This document shows, piece after piece, positions 27,571 to 40,945 of a stretch of 64,000 nt of DNA. Both the position numbers and the translations under genes were made by a program. The stretch's first letter is position 1, and every line of letters starts with the position of its first letter. The notes beneath the pieces are model-generated. The model saw nothing but the letters and a program-made list of their open reading frames with translations, was not told where the DNA came from and did no database searches. Source of the stretch: Octopus vulgaris (taxonomy: Eukaryota); the NCBI GenBank assembly GCA_951406725.2, contig OX597823.1, positions 48,794,001 to 48,858,000 of the forward strand, given 5' to 3'.

Positions 27571-28879
27571 TTACGTATAATGTATGTTTTTCTTATTAAT
27601 AATTTCCATTTAAGTATTTATGTCATAGAAGGGCGTATAAGTCCATTTTAACTACTTTAATAAATTTTATTGTTCCCTCTTTCACTCCCTTTTTTAGTGT
27701 GTGTCTGTGTTAGTGTGTGTGTGGTGTGTGTGTTTGTTTGTGTGTGTGTGTGTTAGTGTGTGTATTTATGTGCATATAGTTGGGTTCATTACAATCTATT
27801 TTAATGTTTTTGTACATGTATGTGTGTGTGTGTGTGCGTTTCTTTATGATTGATTGATTGATTCTAGTTTCAGCTCATGAGCTGTGGCCATGCTGGGGCA
27901 TTATTTGTATTATTATGTGTATTATTTTGTCTTTCTTCCTCCCTTTTCCTCTCTTTCTCTGCATGTGTATATTTTTCTTTATGTGCAATATTTTAATCTC
28001 TCTCCTATCTCTTCCTCTCTGTCTCTCTGTCTCTCTCTCTCTTTCTCTCTGCATGTTTTTGTGCAGTCAGTCAGGTGCATTTCCAATACATTGTAATGTG
28101 TATTTTCCCACCACTCTGTCTCTCCCTGTCTCTCCCTGTCTGTCTGTTTCTCTTTTTCTCTCTCCATATGTGTATGTTTTTGCGTGTCATTCAGTTATTT
28201 TTCCAATATGTTTTAATGTGTGTTTCCCCACCACCCTGTTTCTCCCTATCTTTCTCTGTCTCTCTCTGTCTCTCTCTGTCTGTCGGTCGGTCTGTCTCTC
28301 TCTGTCTTTACAGTGAAGTTCCTTCATGGTGTTCTTTATGATGAATTGATGGTAGTGAACTTTCCCTGTAGTGAATTGATGACGGTGAACTTACCTGTAA
28401 TCACAAGGAACACAGACACCAAAGTATTTGAAAATTATCACCAAAACTTTATGGTTTACTGCTCAACCAAATATAACCCAATGAGAGTAGCAGAATGCTG
28501 CAGTAATTTCAGTGCAGTTTCAATTTTAAATCATGGAAACATGTAGGAACTTCAGTATCTTTGATCTGAAGATATTCCTTAGCTTGAAGAAAAATTGAAA
28601 CATCAGTTGAATGCACGTATGCAGAAGACCATTTTTGCTTTACACACTTTAATTTTTTAAAGTTTTTTTCACTTTTCCACCTTTTCTTGTCTTGCTTTTA
28701 AATACTTTTAACTTCCTTTTACTTCTCTTGACTTAACTTCCCTCCATTTATTCAGTTACAATATTTTGTCCTCCTCCTCTACCTTTCTAACCTTACTTAC
28801 TAATGGCATCACTCTGTTGTCTTTCTTTCTATACTACACCATAACCATGTTGCCTCAGATACACTAGCATATTATTTGT

Positions 28880-30660
28880 TGTCTTACAGGAAATTCTTGA
28901 ATCATGCTCAGAAAGGCTTGGCAAAAGAGTTCTCTCTACTTACCATGTACGTCCTAAATATTGGCTATCTAAGATATGACAGATACTGAAGCACTCCACA
29001 TTGTTAAGAGACTACTCCATAGCTCTGCAACTTTTTAGAGGTCAGCCCCAAATGAACTGCTCTCCTAAAATGCATCACAATCAACAGAGAAAACATTTCA
29101 TAGGCATTTGGATCTCAAAGTGTAACAAAGAGGTTTTGTAAATATTAAGTGACTATTTCCATATTGTAAAGTCGCTTCTTGACTTGACGAATCATCATAA
29201 TCTGGAAACAAATATTGATGGCAATGCTTTATTGAATGTCATGACATGCCATGATTGATTTTGACATTTTTAAATGGGTTGGTTTGTGTTGAAAACAATT
29301 CTTTCTACTTTAAGCACAAGGCTAGCAATATTTGAAGAGTGGAGTATGCTGAATACATCAACCTCCAATATTTGACTGGTACCTTATTTTATCACCACTG
29401 AAAAGATGCAAGGCAAAGGTAACTTCAGTGAATTTGCACTTAGAATGTAAAATGAAAAAAGAGCTGGAAGAAATGTCACAAAGCATTTTGTCTGAGACAC
29501 TAATGATTCTGCCAGCTTGCCACCTAAAGTTTGTGCTGAAAAATATTGCAAACATAAACAGGCGTAGGAGTGGCTGTGTGGTAAGTAGCTTGCTTACGAA
29601 CCACATGGTTCCGGGTTCAGTCCCACTGCGTGGCACCTTGGGCAAGTGTCTTCTACTATAGCCTCGGGCCGACCAAAGCCTTGTGAGTGGATTTGGTAGA
29701 CGGAAACTGAAAGAAGCCCGTCGTATATATGTATATATGTATATATATATATATATATGTATGTATGTGTATATGTATGTGTGTCTGTGTTTGTCCCCCC
29801 AACATCGCTTGACAACTGATGCTGGTGTGTTTATGTCCCTGTAACTTAGAGGTTCGACAAAAGAGACCGATAGAATAAGTACTAGGCTTACAAAGAATAA
29901 GTCCTGGAGTCAATTTGCTCGACTAAAAAGGTGATGCTCTAGCATGGCCACAGTCAAAAGACTGAAACAAGTAAAAGAGTCTCAGAAAATACCTCAAAAC
30001 AGCCAGAAATAATGAATGAAGCAACAAGGAAAGGTTTATGAATTGCAGAAATGAAAGAAGAAATTTTGAAAACATCTGGAAATACACTGGAAAGTTAAAC
30101 AAAACTATCAGAGAAATCGTCCATAGCACATGATTCTCATCAAGCATGGCCATAGTCCAATGAATGGAACACACAAAAGATAAAAAAATAACGACTAATA
30201 TGTACGTTGGGTACTCAGCTATGTTATCCCCACCTGTGATGCTTACCTGGATATTCAGATTTGGAGTTTCTAAAAGGAGAAAAGGTAACATATAGAATGA
30301 TTGTTATGGACCAGGCAACTGCAATAGTTGAAATTGTTTACAAGAATGATCTTCATGACATACTACCATTCTTCAACAGAATTACTAGTATATTGGCACC
30401 CATTACTACTTCATCATGTTCTCTTGAGCACTGCTTCTATAGTTACAGAAGAGTGAAGACATATCCACTGCTGCAATAGGTCAAGCATGAATTCATGGTG
30501 TTGCAGTATGAAGCTTAAGTTAGACATGGCCTGGGCCTGTACTGGCTGAAACCTGAGTTGTCTAAGTTATGTCAACATGTCAGATGGCAAAACTTTAGAT
30601 CAAATAACTAATATTTTTGCTGCTAAAAATAAAGGAAACAAACAATATTTTTGTTTATAA
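28880..30660 (+). pseudogene. hAT transposase relic (ZMYM1/PRKRIR-like) interrupted by SINEs
   Basis: LCNFLEVSPK (cf. SPKR) and SQSVTKRFC (cf. SxTRW). C-terminal dimerisation-like ILAPITTSSCSLEHCFYSYRRVKTY at 30390-30465. Confidence 0.65.
29561..29980 (+). mobile_element. SINE family A, full length, young
   Basis: ggcgtaggagtggctgtgtggtaag head, B box ggttcagtccc, CORE block and tail. Confidence 0.9.
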
Positions 30661-30916
30661 TTTGCATGTTGTGTGTTATGTGATGTGCAGTGCGAAAGGA
30701 TATCTATATAAAATTTCAGACTAATCAATCCCTCTGTTCCTCTTTACTAAAGAACCCTATGCGTTCATAATAAGAAAGACAATAGTTTCCTTTCAAAACT
30801 GAAACATGATGCTACGCTATGTTGGAAAAGAAACGAACACATCAATGAAGTATTAATTTAGTTGCTACTAAACTATCTATCCTGTGATTAGTTGATAATG
30901 ATGTATCTTCCTGTGG

Positions 30917-31008
<92 letters not shown>

Positions 31009-31680
31009 AATATACATATATTAGCAGTGTGGGAAAATGTTAGAATTAAAGACAAAAACACTACAGTCTATTAAAGTATCACTAAAAGATTATATAAGTA
31101 ATTCCTGAAAATACTCTCTAACCAGTTGACTATTGGTCATTAATGCAATTTATTTGTGAATTGTATTTGCTTAATGCATAATGTAATGCATATGCTTGTA
31201 ATTATTGCTTATAACACAATTATATTCAGTTGTCCTTCTCAATTATTAGTTTCCATTGCATTTATAAATTGAAGCTTGTCATTTTGTATTAGTTTCTAGC
31301 AAACTTCCATAAATGATTATCGTTTTTCTGGTTGTATTTATCAGAATGTTTAGTCAATCTTCTGAAAATTGCTGCTGATCTTAGAAGGTTAATGAGGTCA
31401 TGTCTTATCACGAGCGTCAGATTTATTTTTTCTACGGGTACATACGAATGATTAATAAATATTTTATACACAGTGTAATCTTTAATAAATTTAATGTAGC
31501 TAAACGAAATTATGTTTCATTAAAGATTTTAACATGGAATTTAAACAGATGTAAGTAAATCTTGTTATTCTCTTTGTACAGAGAAGATTACCTTTTCAAA
31601 GCTAGTTGGCTACTTTTCTGAGGATAATTAGTTTTCATCCTTCTGTCCATGAGGACAGATTATTACTATCATTGCTTTAA

Positions 31681-31901
31681 CTCCTTAGCATTCAGATTAT
31701 TCTGTCAAATGTAAGAAATATTTGTTCACATTCTTCTGAGTTCATCATACATTATCTCATACCTTCGAGATTTTGATGATGTAATTGCTTATTTTAAGAA
31801 TGACATTGTCAATACAGGCGTGAGAGGCTGGATTTGACCAGTTTGAACATAAAGACGGTAGAATATTTGGGCCAGATATGACCAGTTTAAATGCTAATGG
31901 G
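31681..31901. mobile_element. piggyBac-type MITE
   Basis: TTAA on both sides (31677-80, 31902-05). Imperfect TIRs ctccttagcatt / aatgctaatggg. Confidence 0.8.
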
Positions 31902-32026
31902 TTAAATCAGAACTTAGTTGTAATGAACCCACTAATCTACATGCATGTATTTGTTGTTGGTGATGTGGTTAATTAGTAAATATCAAATATTATATATATA
32001 TATATGTATATATATATTAAAATATG

Positions 32027-32322
32027 GATCGTTAGTAGACATTTCATAAATCTGGAGAAGAAGCACACTCTAAGATGTAGAGCAGTTAATGTTATAGTGG
32101 GGTAGGCTGATTTATGGGGTTACCCTGGACTTTTTCTCATAAGGGCTTTAGCCTTATAGCGTATCTTCAGACCCCAAACACTGCTGGCTTGAGATTTCTT
32201 TAAATATTTTAAAGAGGTCTCAGGCCAGCAGTGATTGAGGTCTGAAGATACGCCATAAGACTAAACCCCTTATGAGCAAGAATACCAAGGTAACCCCATA
32301 AACTGGCCTGCCCCACTATGAA
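32027..32322 (-). mobile_element. Non-autonomous PLE-derived palindrome with two inverted hammerhead motifs and a 15-bp TSD
   Basis: Inverted arms span 32094-32319 around ~32205, each containing ctgaaga...taacccc. A ~65-bp unpaired tail lies on the left. atatattaaaatatg occurs at 32012-32026 and 32323-32337. Confidence 0.85.
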
Positions 32323-32655
32323 ATATATTAAAATATGTATCTTTTTATATCCCCTGTTTTTTACTTATTTCAGTCATTAGACTGTGGTCATGCTGAAGTA
32401 CCACCTTGAAGAATTTTAGTTGAATGAACTGACCCTAATACTTATTTATCTTATTTTATGTCTGATAGTAGAAAACATATGTATGTATATATATATATAA
32501 ATATACTTCATAAATGAGGTCAAAGGAAAAAAATTCTAATGCCAAATATGCCGAAAAATTGGACATATTGTCCATTAACCATATAATTTTTTCACAATAG
32601 GCACGCTACTCGAAAAAAGGTCAACAGAAATTTCTAAAAAAATTCCATCATCACC

Positions 32656-32710
32656 ATATCGGACTGATTTCAGAGTTAGCTACTAAGAGCCCTCTCTTCA
32701 TCAGTGATAC
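32656..32710 (-). ncRNA. Type I minimal hammerhead ribozyme in a PLE-end fragment (~32500-32810)
   Basis: Minus: gtatca-CTGATGA-agag...ctct-GAAA-tcag-TC-cgatat. The segment is flanked by (TA)n. Confidence 0.75.
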
Positions 32711-32805
32711 ATGTGGCAAAAGAAATAAATGAAATACTTACTCATACCCATGGAAAAAGCAAATACTAAGTCATGGGCACAACTAAGTACCCCAAATACA
32801 TCCAA

Positions 32806-32837
<32 letters not shown>

Positions 32838-33437
32838 GGAGTGTAGCATAAGAGTGGCTGTGTGGTAAGTAGCTTGCTTATGAACCACATGGTTCCGGGT
32901 TCAGTTCCACTGCGTGGCACCTTGGGCAAGTGCCTTCTACTATAGCCTTGGGCCAACCAAAGCCTTGTGAGTAAATTTGGTTGATGGAAACTGAAAGAAG
33001 CCCGTTATATATATGTATTTATATGTGTGTGTGTGTGTGTGTGTATCTTTTATTTATGTCTTCTACTTTTGCCCGAGGTTACTCAAAGCCTTGTGAGTGG
33101 ATATGGTAGACAGCAACTGAGAAAAGCCCATTGTAAATATATATACATATATATGTATGTGAGTGTGTGTGTGTATGTATCATATATATTTCATAAATGC
33201 ATACATACGTATAAGCGTGCATGCTCATGTGTCCTTGTCTTCATACAATATTTTACCAGCTAATGCTATTAAGTTAGACATGGCCTGGGCCTATACTGGC
33301 CAAAACCTATCAAAGGTATCAAAGATACTTATTTTATCTGTCTGTTTTGCTGAACTACTAAGTTATGGGGATGTAAACACGCCGACACCAACTGTCAAGA
33401 GGTAGTGTAGGGCAAACATAAATGCACACATGCACAT

Positions 33438-33479
<42 letters not shown>

Positions 33480-33492
33480 ACACACACAGACA

Positions 33493-33726
33493 AATTGTTT
33501 GTAGAAATACATAAATCCAGAGGAGAAGCACACTCTAAGATGTAGAGCAGTTAATATTTTAGTGGGGTGTGCCAGTTTATGGGGTTACCCTGGGTTTCTC
33601 ACTCATAAGGGGTTTAGCCTTACAGTATATCTTCAGACCCCAAACACTGCTGAAGATATGCTATAAGGCTAAACCCCTTATGAGTGAGAAACCCAGGGTA
33701 ACCCCATAAACTGGCCTACCCTACTA
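33493..33726 (-). mobile_element. Second copy of the 32-kb palindromic hammerhead element, with a different turn-around point
   Basis: Same tail (agaagcacactctaagatgtagagcagttaat). Arms 33560-33636 and 33650-33726. Confidence 0.85.
33575..33645 (-). ncRNA. Intact-looking type I minimal hammerhead
   Basis: gtttggggt-CTGAAGA-tatactgtaagg ctaaacc ccttatgagtga-GAAA-cccaggg-TA-accccataaac. Confidence 0.8.
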
Positions 33727-35974
33727 TAATATATATATATATATATATATAAAATTTTTTATGTATTGGATTAAGTCTTTCTTTGTTTGATTTGCATAAT
33801 AGTGGTTTTGTCTCTAATTAATATTATATATATATATGACCGGCTTCTTTCAGTTTCCTATTTCTTTATTGCCCACAAGGGGCTAAATGTAGATGGGATA
33901 AACAAGAACAGACAAGGGGATTAAGTTGATTACATCGACCCCAGTTCATAATTGGTACTTAATTTATCAACCCTGAATGGATGAAAGGCAAAGTTGACCT
34001 CAGCAGAATTTGAACTCAGAATGTAAAGACAGACAAAATATCGCTAAGCATTTTGCCTGGTGTGGTAACGTTTCTGCCAGCTCACTGCCTTTAAGAGTCT
34101 GCCAGTTCGCCGCCTTTAAGTTTCAGTTTCTATCTACCAATCTATTCACAAGGCTTTGGTTGGCCCAAAACTATAGTAGAAGACACTTGCTCAAGGTACC
34201 ATGCAGTGGGACTGGACCTGGAACCACATGGTTGGGAAGCAAATTTCTTACCACACAGTTACACCAAATATATCCTAGAAGAAAAGAGAAAATGTTATAA
34301 CATTACCTTGGGATTCAAACACCATGTTTGCTGTAAATCCTATAGTTGTTTCTCATTCATTTTGATACGATATAGGATTCCCTGTTGCAACCACTTGAAG
34401 CAATCTGTAACTCTTTCATTAGTCTGCAGTTTGAGCTTGAAGTAATATCACAGCTGGTACAAGCCTGCAGTACTCTCAAGTGTCACTATTAAAGGAAATA
34501 ATTATTTCTCATCAACTTATTGTCATAGAATCTGGAAAATCTCTTGTAAAAATTTTCCCACTACATACAGAAATTCCCAGAAAGAAGTAATATATAATGA
34601 TTTATAATAAAGTTCCTGCTCAGATTTGATGCAATCAACTATCTTACATTATGTATTTATTTAATTTTTTCCTTTATATTACAACTGGTGTAGAGTGTTG
34701 GAGTTGTTGGTTACAAATTTCCAGTAACTGATTCACTGCTGCTTTAACAGTGACAACAGCAAAGGAATGTATATAACTGAATAGTTTGTTTGAAAAGAAC
34801 TTTCATTCTTCCTTTTACTGTTTGTTTTTTTTTCCTCTGGTAATTTATATCTTTTACTGATATACACTGGCAAAAGATAAGAGCACACATATACACAAAT
34901 ACTCATGCATACATACATACATACATACATACATACATACATACATACATACATACATTACATGAGCTTGTCTAGATATGTAACTATATGCATGAGAATA
35001 TATACATAAAAATAAAATACAAATCTGCATACATACATACATAGAGACAGACATACATTCATGAAAAATACCCAATTGATGTTGTTAAAATTCCAATGAA
35101 GGAGTCTTGGATCTAGGTTAAAAACTGACTCTTTATTGGCGAGAAATTTTTAAATAAAATTGGATAATGACATACATACAAACATATACATACATACATA
35201 CATACATACATACATACATACATACATAGACATTTATGTTTAGTTATACATACATAGACATTTTATGTTTAGTTATAATCCTTTCTACTATAGGTACAAG
35301 ACCTAAAATTTTGTGAGAGGGGACAAATTAATTACATCGACCCCACTGTTTCACTGGTACTTAATTTATCGATCCTGAAAGGATGAAAGGCAAAGTTGAC
35401 CTCAGAAACAATTTTAAATTAGTCTGATGGGTTACTCTACGCATTTGTAGAGTATAAAATTATCAATCTTATATAAGAAAATATAAATCCACTCACATGT
35501 ATATACATATATATATATATATGTATGTAAATATACATGTGTGTGTGTGTATGTGTGTGTGTGTGTGTGTGTTTGTGTGCGTATGTATGTATCATATAAA
35601 AAAAATGATAAACGTTGCCCTTTTCAAGCCTAGCCAGGTTCATTGGCCCGGTTTCCTGGTTTCTATGGCTAGGAAGAAGACTACCAGGCTTCATTCCCTG
35701 TTTTGTCAGGGATTTTATGGCTGGGTGCTCTTCCTTGCACCAATCACCTTACAGTGTGGACTCAGTGCTTCTTATGTGTATATGTATTTTTGTACATGTT
35801 TTAAAGCAGTGGATCTCAGCTTGCACAAAGCTATAAATAATAGCATGTAAATATTTGGTTGAGAAACCCTTTTGGATAGAAAAAGTTGATGGTTACTCTT
35901 GGGACTTAAACCTACATCTCCTGTAGATATAACAGTAATTCTACCATTAGCAACCAAAGCAATCCTTTGAATTT

Positions 35975-36393
35975 CTTATTTCTTTACTGCCCACAAAGGG
36001 CTACACACAGAAAGGAACAGACAAGGGCAGACAAATGGATTAAGTTGATTATATCGACCCCAGTGCATAACTGGTATTTATTTAATGAACCCCAAAAGGA
36101 TGAAAGGCAAAGTTGACCTTGGAGGAATTTGAACTCAGAACATAGTGGCAGATGAAATACCTATTTCTTTACTACCCACAATGGGCTAAGCACAGAGAGG
36201 ACAAATAAGGACAGACAAACGGATTAAGTCTATTATATCGACCCCAGTGCATAACTGGTATTTATTTAATCGACCCCAAAAGGTTGAAAGGCAAAGTTGA
36301 CGTCAGTGGAATTTGAACTCAGAACGTAGCAGCAGACAAAATACCACTAAGCATTTCACCTGGCAAGCTAATGTTTCTGCCAGCTCGCCACCT
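35975..36393 (-). mobile_element. Tandem pair of SINE family B
   Basis: Two consecutive copies, tatttctttact...gaactcagaac at ~35977 and ~36162. Confidence 0.8.
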
Positions 36394-36914
36394 TTGAATT
36401 TTGCTCTCCATTTTAGTTACTTTATCCTTACCAGCAAGCATTGAATATTATTATTAACTTCATAAGAATTTATAAACATTTTTTTGAGAGTGTGAAACAA
36501 TTCTTTTTAGAATAGTGGATCTCAAAACACACGAAGCTATAACTAATAGCATGTAAATTTTAGATGTAGAATGCCTGTCATGTCTAAAGATGTGAGTTTG
36601 AATCTGACAGACAGTCTTGGCTTTTTTTTTTTTAATCCAAAAGGGTTTTTTCAGTAGAATATTTACAAACCATTACTTGCAGTTTTATGTGCTTTGAAAT
36701 TCACTATTCTCCTAGAATAAGCATTTCATGTTCTCTTGAAAGTTATGACATCAACAGCATATTCTCACACACACACACACACATACACACACACACATTG
36801 TTTTTTGTTCCATTAAGATAAGATCAACAAAAAGTACTCTGTCCAGAGATAAATATCATTTAATGTACACTGTATTGATATAAGAGCTACTGATAGTTTC
36901 TTGCCATTAGATAT

Positions 36915-37565
36915 AAGTGTACCTGTGTGGTAAGAAGCTTGCTTCCCAACCACATGGTTCCAGGTTCAGTGCCACACAGTGGGACATTGGGCAAGTGTCT
37001 TCTACTATAACCTCAGGCCAACCAAAGCCTTGTGGGACAATTTGGTTGGCAGAAACTTGCAGAAACGTTAGCACACCAGGTGAAATGCTTAACGGTATTT
37101 CGTTTGCCGCTATGTTTTGAGTTCAAATTCCGCCGAGGTCGACTTTGCCTTTCATCCTTTTGGTGTCGAGGAAACAAGTACCAGTTATGCACTGGGGTCG
37201 ATATAATCGACTTAATCCATTTGTCTGTCCTTGTTTGTCCCTTCTATGTTTGCCCCTTCTGGGTAATAAAGAAATAAGAAACTGAAAGAAGCCTGTCATG
37301 TATGTATGTACATATGTATGTATGTGTATATGTGTGTGTATGTGTGTCTTTGTGAATGTATTTCTTCCCCAACACTGATTGACAACTGGTGTTGGTTTGC
37401 TTATGCCTCTATAACTTAATGGCTCAGCAAAAGAGACCAATAGAATAAGTATTAGGATTTTTTAAAAAAAAAGTCCAGGGGTTGATTTGTTTGACTGAAA
37501 CCTTTGAAGGTGGTACGCCAGCATGGCCACAATCTGGGGCATTGAAATAAGTAAAAGATAAAAGA
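36915..37565 (+). mobile_element. SINE family A with nested SINE family B (~37045-37277)
   Basis: The A head and tail are separated by a B copy. Confidence 0.8.
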
Positions 37566-37723
37566 CACACATGCATGCACGCGCGCGCACACACACACAC
37601 ACATACACATGCATGCATGCATGCACACACACACACACACACGCACACACAAAGTATATACAATTCTTACTACAATAAAAGGAGATAGAGAAAAATGGAA
37701 TTGGAAAAAGTTCCTATCAGAAT

Positions 37724-40495
37724 ATCATCATCATCATCATCATCATTTAGCGTCCGTTTTCCATGCTAGCATGGGTTGGACGGTTCAACTGGGGTCTGGG
37801 AGCCCGAAGGCTGCACCAGGCCAGTCAGATCTGGCAGTGTTTCTACAGCTGGATGCCCTTCCTAACGCCAACCACTCCGAGAGTGTAGTGGGTGATTTTA
37901 TGTGCCACCGACACAGGTGCCAGACGAGGCTGGCAGACGGCCACGCTCGGATGGTGTTTTTATGTGCCACCGACACAGGTGCCAGATGAGGCTGGCGGAC
38001 GGCCATGCTCGGATGGTGTTTTTATGTGCCACCGACACAGGTGCCAGACGAGGCTGGCAGACGGCCACGCTCGGATGGTGTTTTTATGTGCCACCGACAC
38101 AGGTGCCAGATGGGCTGGCGCCAAAGCACGGAGGCCAGTCTATGCGGTACTGGCTACGGCCACGTTCGGATGATTTTCTTGTGTGCCACCGGCACTGGTA
38201 CCACAAAGATACAAATTCCATTGATGTTCATCTATTTTGATTTGTTTTGATTTGATTTGATTTGATTTGATTTTCACTTGCCTCAACAGGTCTTCACAAG
38301 TGTCACAAGAAGGAAGGTATGCACAGGTGGACTGACTACGTCCCAGGTAGGGGCCACGGGTTATGGCCTGACTAGTCTTGCCGGGTCTTCGGATGGTGTT
38401 TTTATGTGCCACCGACACAGGTGCCAGATGAGGCTGGCGAACGGCCACGATCGGATGGTGTTTGTTGCGTGCCCACAGCACGGAGGCCAGTCGATGCGGT
38501 ACTGGCTACGGCCACGTTCGGATGGTTTTCTTGTGTGCCACCGGCACTGGTACCACAAGATACAAATTCCATTGATGTTCATCTATTTTGATTTGATTTG
38601 ATTTGATTTTCACTTGCCTCAACAGGTCTTCACAGGTCTTCACAAGTGTCACAAGAAGGAAGGAAGGTATGCACAGGTGGACTGACTACGTCCCAAGTAG
38701 GGGCCATGGGTTATGGCCTGACTAGTCTTGCCGGGTCTTCGGTTGGTGTTTTTATGTGCCACCGACACAGGTGCCAGATGAGGCTGGCGGACGGCCACGA
38801 TCGGATGGTGTTTGTTATGTGCCCACATCACAGAGGCCAGTCGATGCGGTACTGGCTACGGCCACGTTCAGATGGTTTTCTTGTGTGCCACCGGTACTGG
38901 TACCACAAAGATACAAATTCCATTGATGTTCATCTATTCTGATTTGGTTTGATTTGATTTGATTTGATTTTGATTTTTGATTTTCACTTGCCTCAACAGG
39001 TCTACACAAGTGTCACACACTTGCCTCAACAGGTCTTCACAAGTGTCATAAGTAGGAAGGTATGCACAGGTGGACTGACTACGTCGCCGGGTCTTCGGAT
39101 GGTGTTTTTATGTGCCACCGACACAGGTGCCAGATGAGGCTGGCGAACGGCCACGATCGGATGGTTTTCTTGTGTGCCACCGGTACTGGAACCACAAGGA
39201 TACAAATTCCATTGATGTTCATCTATTTTGATTTGGTTTGATTTTCACTTGCCTCAATAGGTCTTCACAAGTTTGGTTTGATTTTCACTTTCACTTGCCT
39301 CAACAGGTCTTCACAAGTTTGGTTTGATTTTCACTTGCCTCAACAAGTCTTCACAAGTGTCACACACTTGCCTCTGCCTCAACAGGTCTTCACAAAGTGT
39401 CACACACTTGCCTCTGCCTCAAAAGGTCTTCACAAGTGTCACACACTTGCCTCAACAGGTCTTCACAAGTGTCATAAGAGGGAAGGTATGCACAGGTGGA
39501 CTGACTACGTCGCCGGGTCTTCGGATGTTGTTTTTATGTGCCACCGATACAGGTGCCAGATGAGGCTGGCGAACGGCCACGATCAGATGGTGTTTGTTGT
39601 GCCCACAGCACGGAGGCCAGTCGATGCGGTACTGGCTACGGCCACGTTCGGATGCTTTTCTTGTGTGCCACCGGTACTGGAACCACAAAGATACAAATTC
39701 CATTGATGTTCATCTATTTTGATTTGGTTTGATTTGATTTTCACTTGCCTCAACAGGTCTTCACATGGGTCACACACTTGCCTCAACAGGTCTCCACAAG
39801 TGTCACACACTTGCCTCTGCCTCAACAGGTCTTCACAAGTGTCATAAGAGGGAAGGTATGCACAGGTGGACTGACTACGTCGCCGGGTCTTCGGATGGTG
39901 TCTTTATGTGCCACCGACACAGGTGCCAGATGAGGCTGGCGAACGGCCACGATCGGATGGTTTTCTTGTGTGCCACCGGTACTGGAACCACAAAGATACA
40001 AATTCCATTGATGTTCATCTATTTTGATTTGGTTTGATTTTCACTTGCCTCAACAGGTCTTCACAAGTTTGGTTTGATTTGATTTTGATTTTCACTTGCC
40101 TCAACAGGTCTTCACAAGTGTCACACGTGTCACACACTTGCCTCAACAGGTCTCCACAAGTGTCACACACTTGCCTCTGCCTCAACAGGTCTTCACAAAG
40201 TGTCACACACTTGCCTCTGCCTCAACAGGTCTTCACAAGTGTCACACACTTGCCTCAACAGGTCTTCACAAGTGTCATAAGAGGGAAGGTATGCACAGGT
40301 GGACTGACTACGTCGCCGGGTCTTCGGATGGTGTTTTTATGTGCCACCGACACAGGTGCCAGATGAGGCTGGCGAACGGCCACGATCAGATGGTGTTTGT
40401 TGTGCCCACAGCACGGAGGCCAGTCGATGCGGTACTGGCTACGGCCACGTTCGGATGCTTTTCTTGTGTGCCACCGGTACTGGAACCACAAAGAT
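37724..40495 (-). repeat. RTE 3' end expanded into a GC-rich higher-order tandem array
   Basis: RTE tail at 37724-37880, then ~4 x 59-bp units, then six composite units (~290-490 bp) marked by gatacaaattccattgatgttcatctatt and ggaaggtatgcacaggtggactgactacgtc. Confidence 0.85.
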
Positions 40496-40520
40496 GTATA
40501 TAAATATATATATATATATA

Positions 40521-40945
40521 GGCATAGGAGTGTCTGTGTGGCAAGTAGCTTGCTTATGAACCACATGGTTCCGGGCTCAGTCCCACTGCGTGGCACCTTG
40601 GGCAAGTGTCTTCTACTATAGCCTCAGGATGACCAAAGCCTTGTGAGTAGATTTGTTAGATGGAAACTGAAAGAAGCCCATCGTATATATGTATGTATAT
40701 ATATATATATATACATGTATGTGTGTGTATATGTTTGTGAGTCTGTGTTTGTCCACCATCATCACTTGACAACTGATGCAGGTGTGTTTACGTCCCCGTA
40801 ACTTAGCAGTTCGGCAAAAAAGACCGATAGAATAAGTACTAGGCTTACAAAGAATAAGTCCTGGGATCGATTTGGCTGACTAAAAGTCAGTGCTTCAGCA
40901 TGGCCACAGTCAAATGACTGAAACAAGTAAAAGGGTAAAAGAGAG
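40521..40945 (+). mobile_element. SINE family A, full length
   Basis: Matches the copy at 29561. Confidence 0.85.

Noticed and set aside
29561-29630. tRNA gene
   Set aside because: The A/B-box head continues into a SINE body. It is multi-copy and I see no clean cloverleaf.
35085-35175. Possible hammerhead-like motif (ccaatgaagg...aaaactgact)
   Set aside because: Neither CUGANGA nor GAAA is present in this copy, so it is too degenerate to call.
37609-40621. Many overlapping ORFs in the GC-rich array
   Set aside because: They are by-products of stop-poor tandem repeats in all frames, with no recognisable domain.
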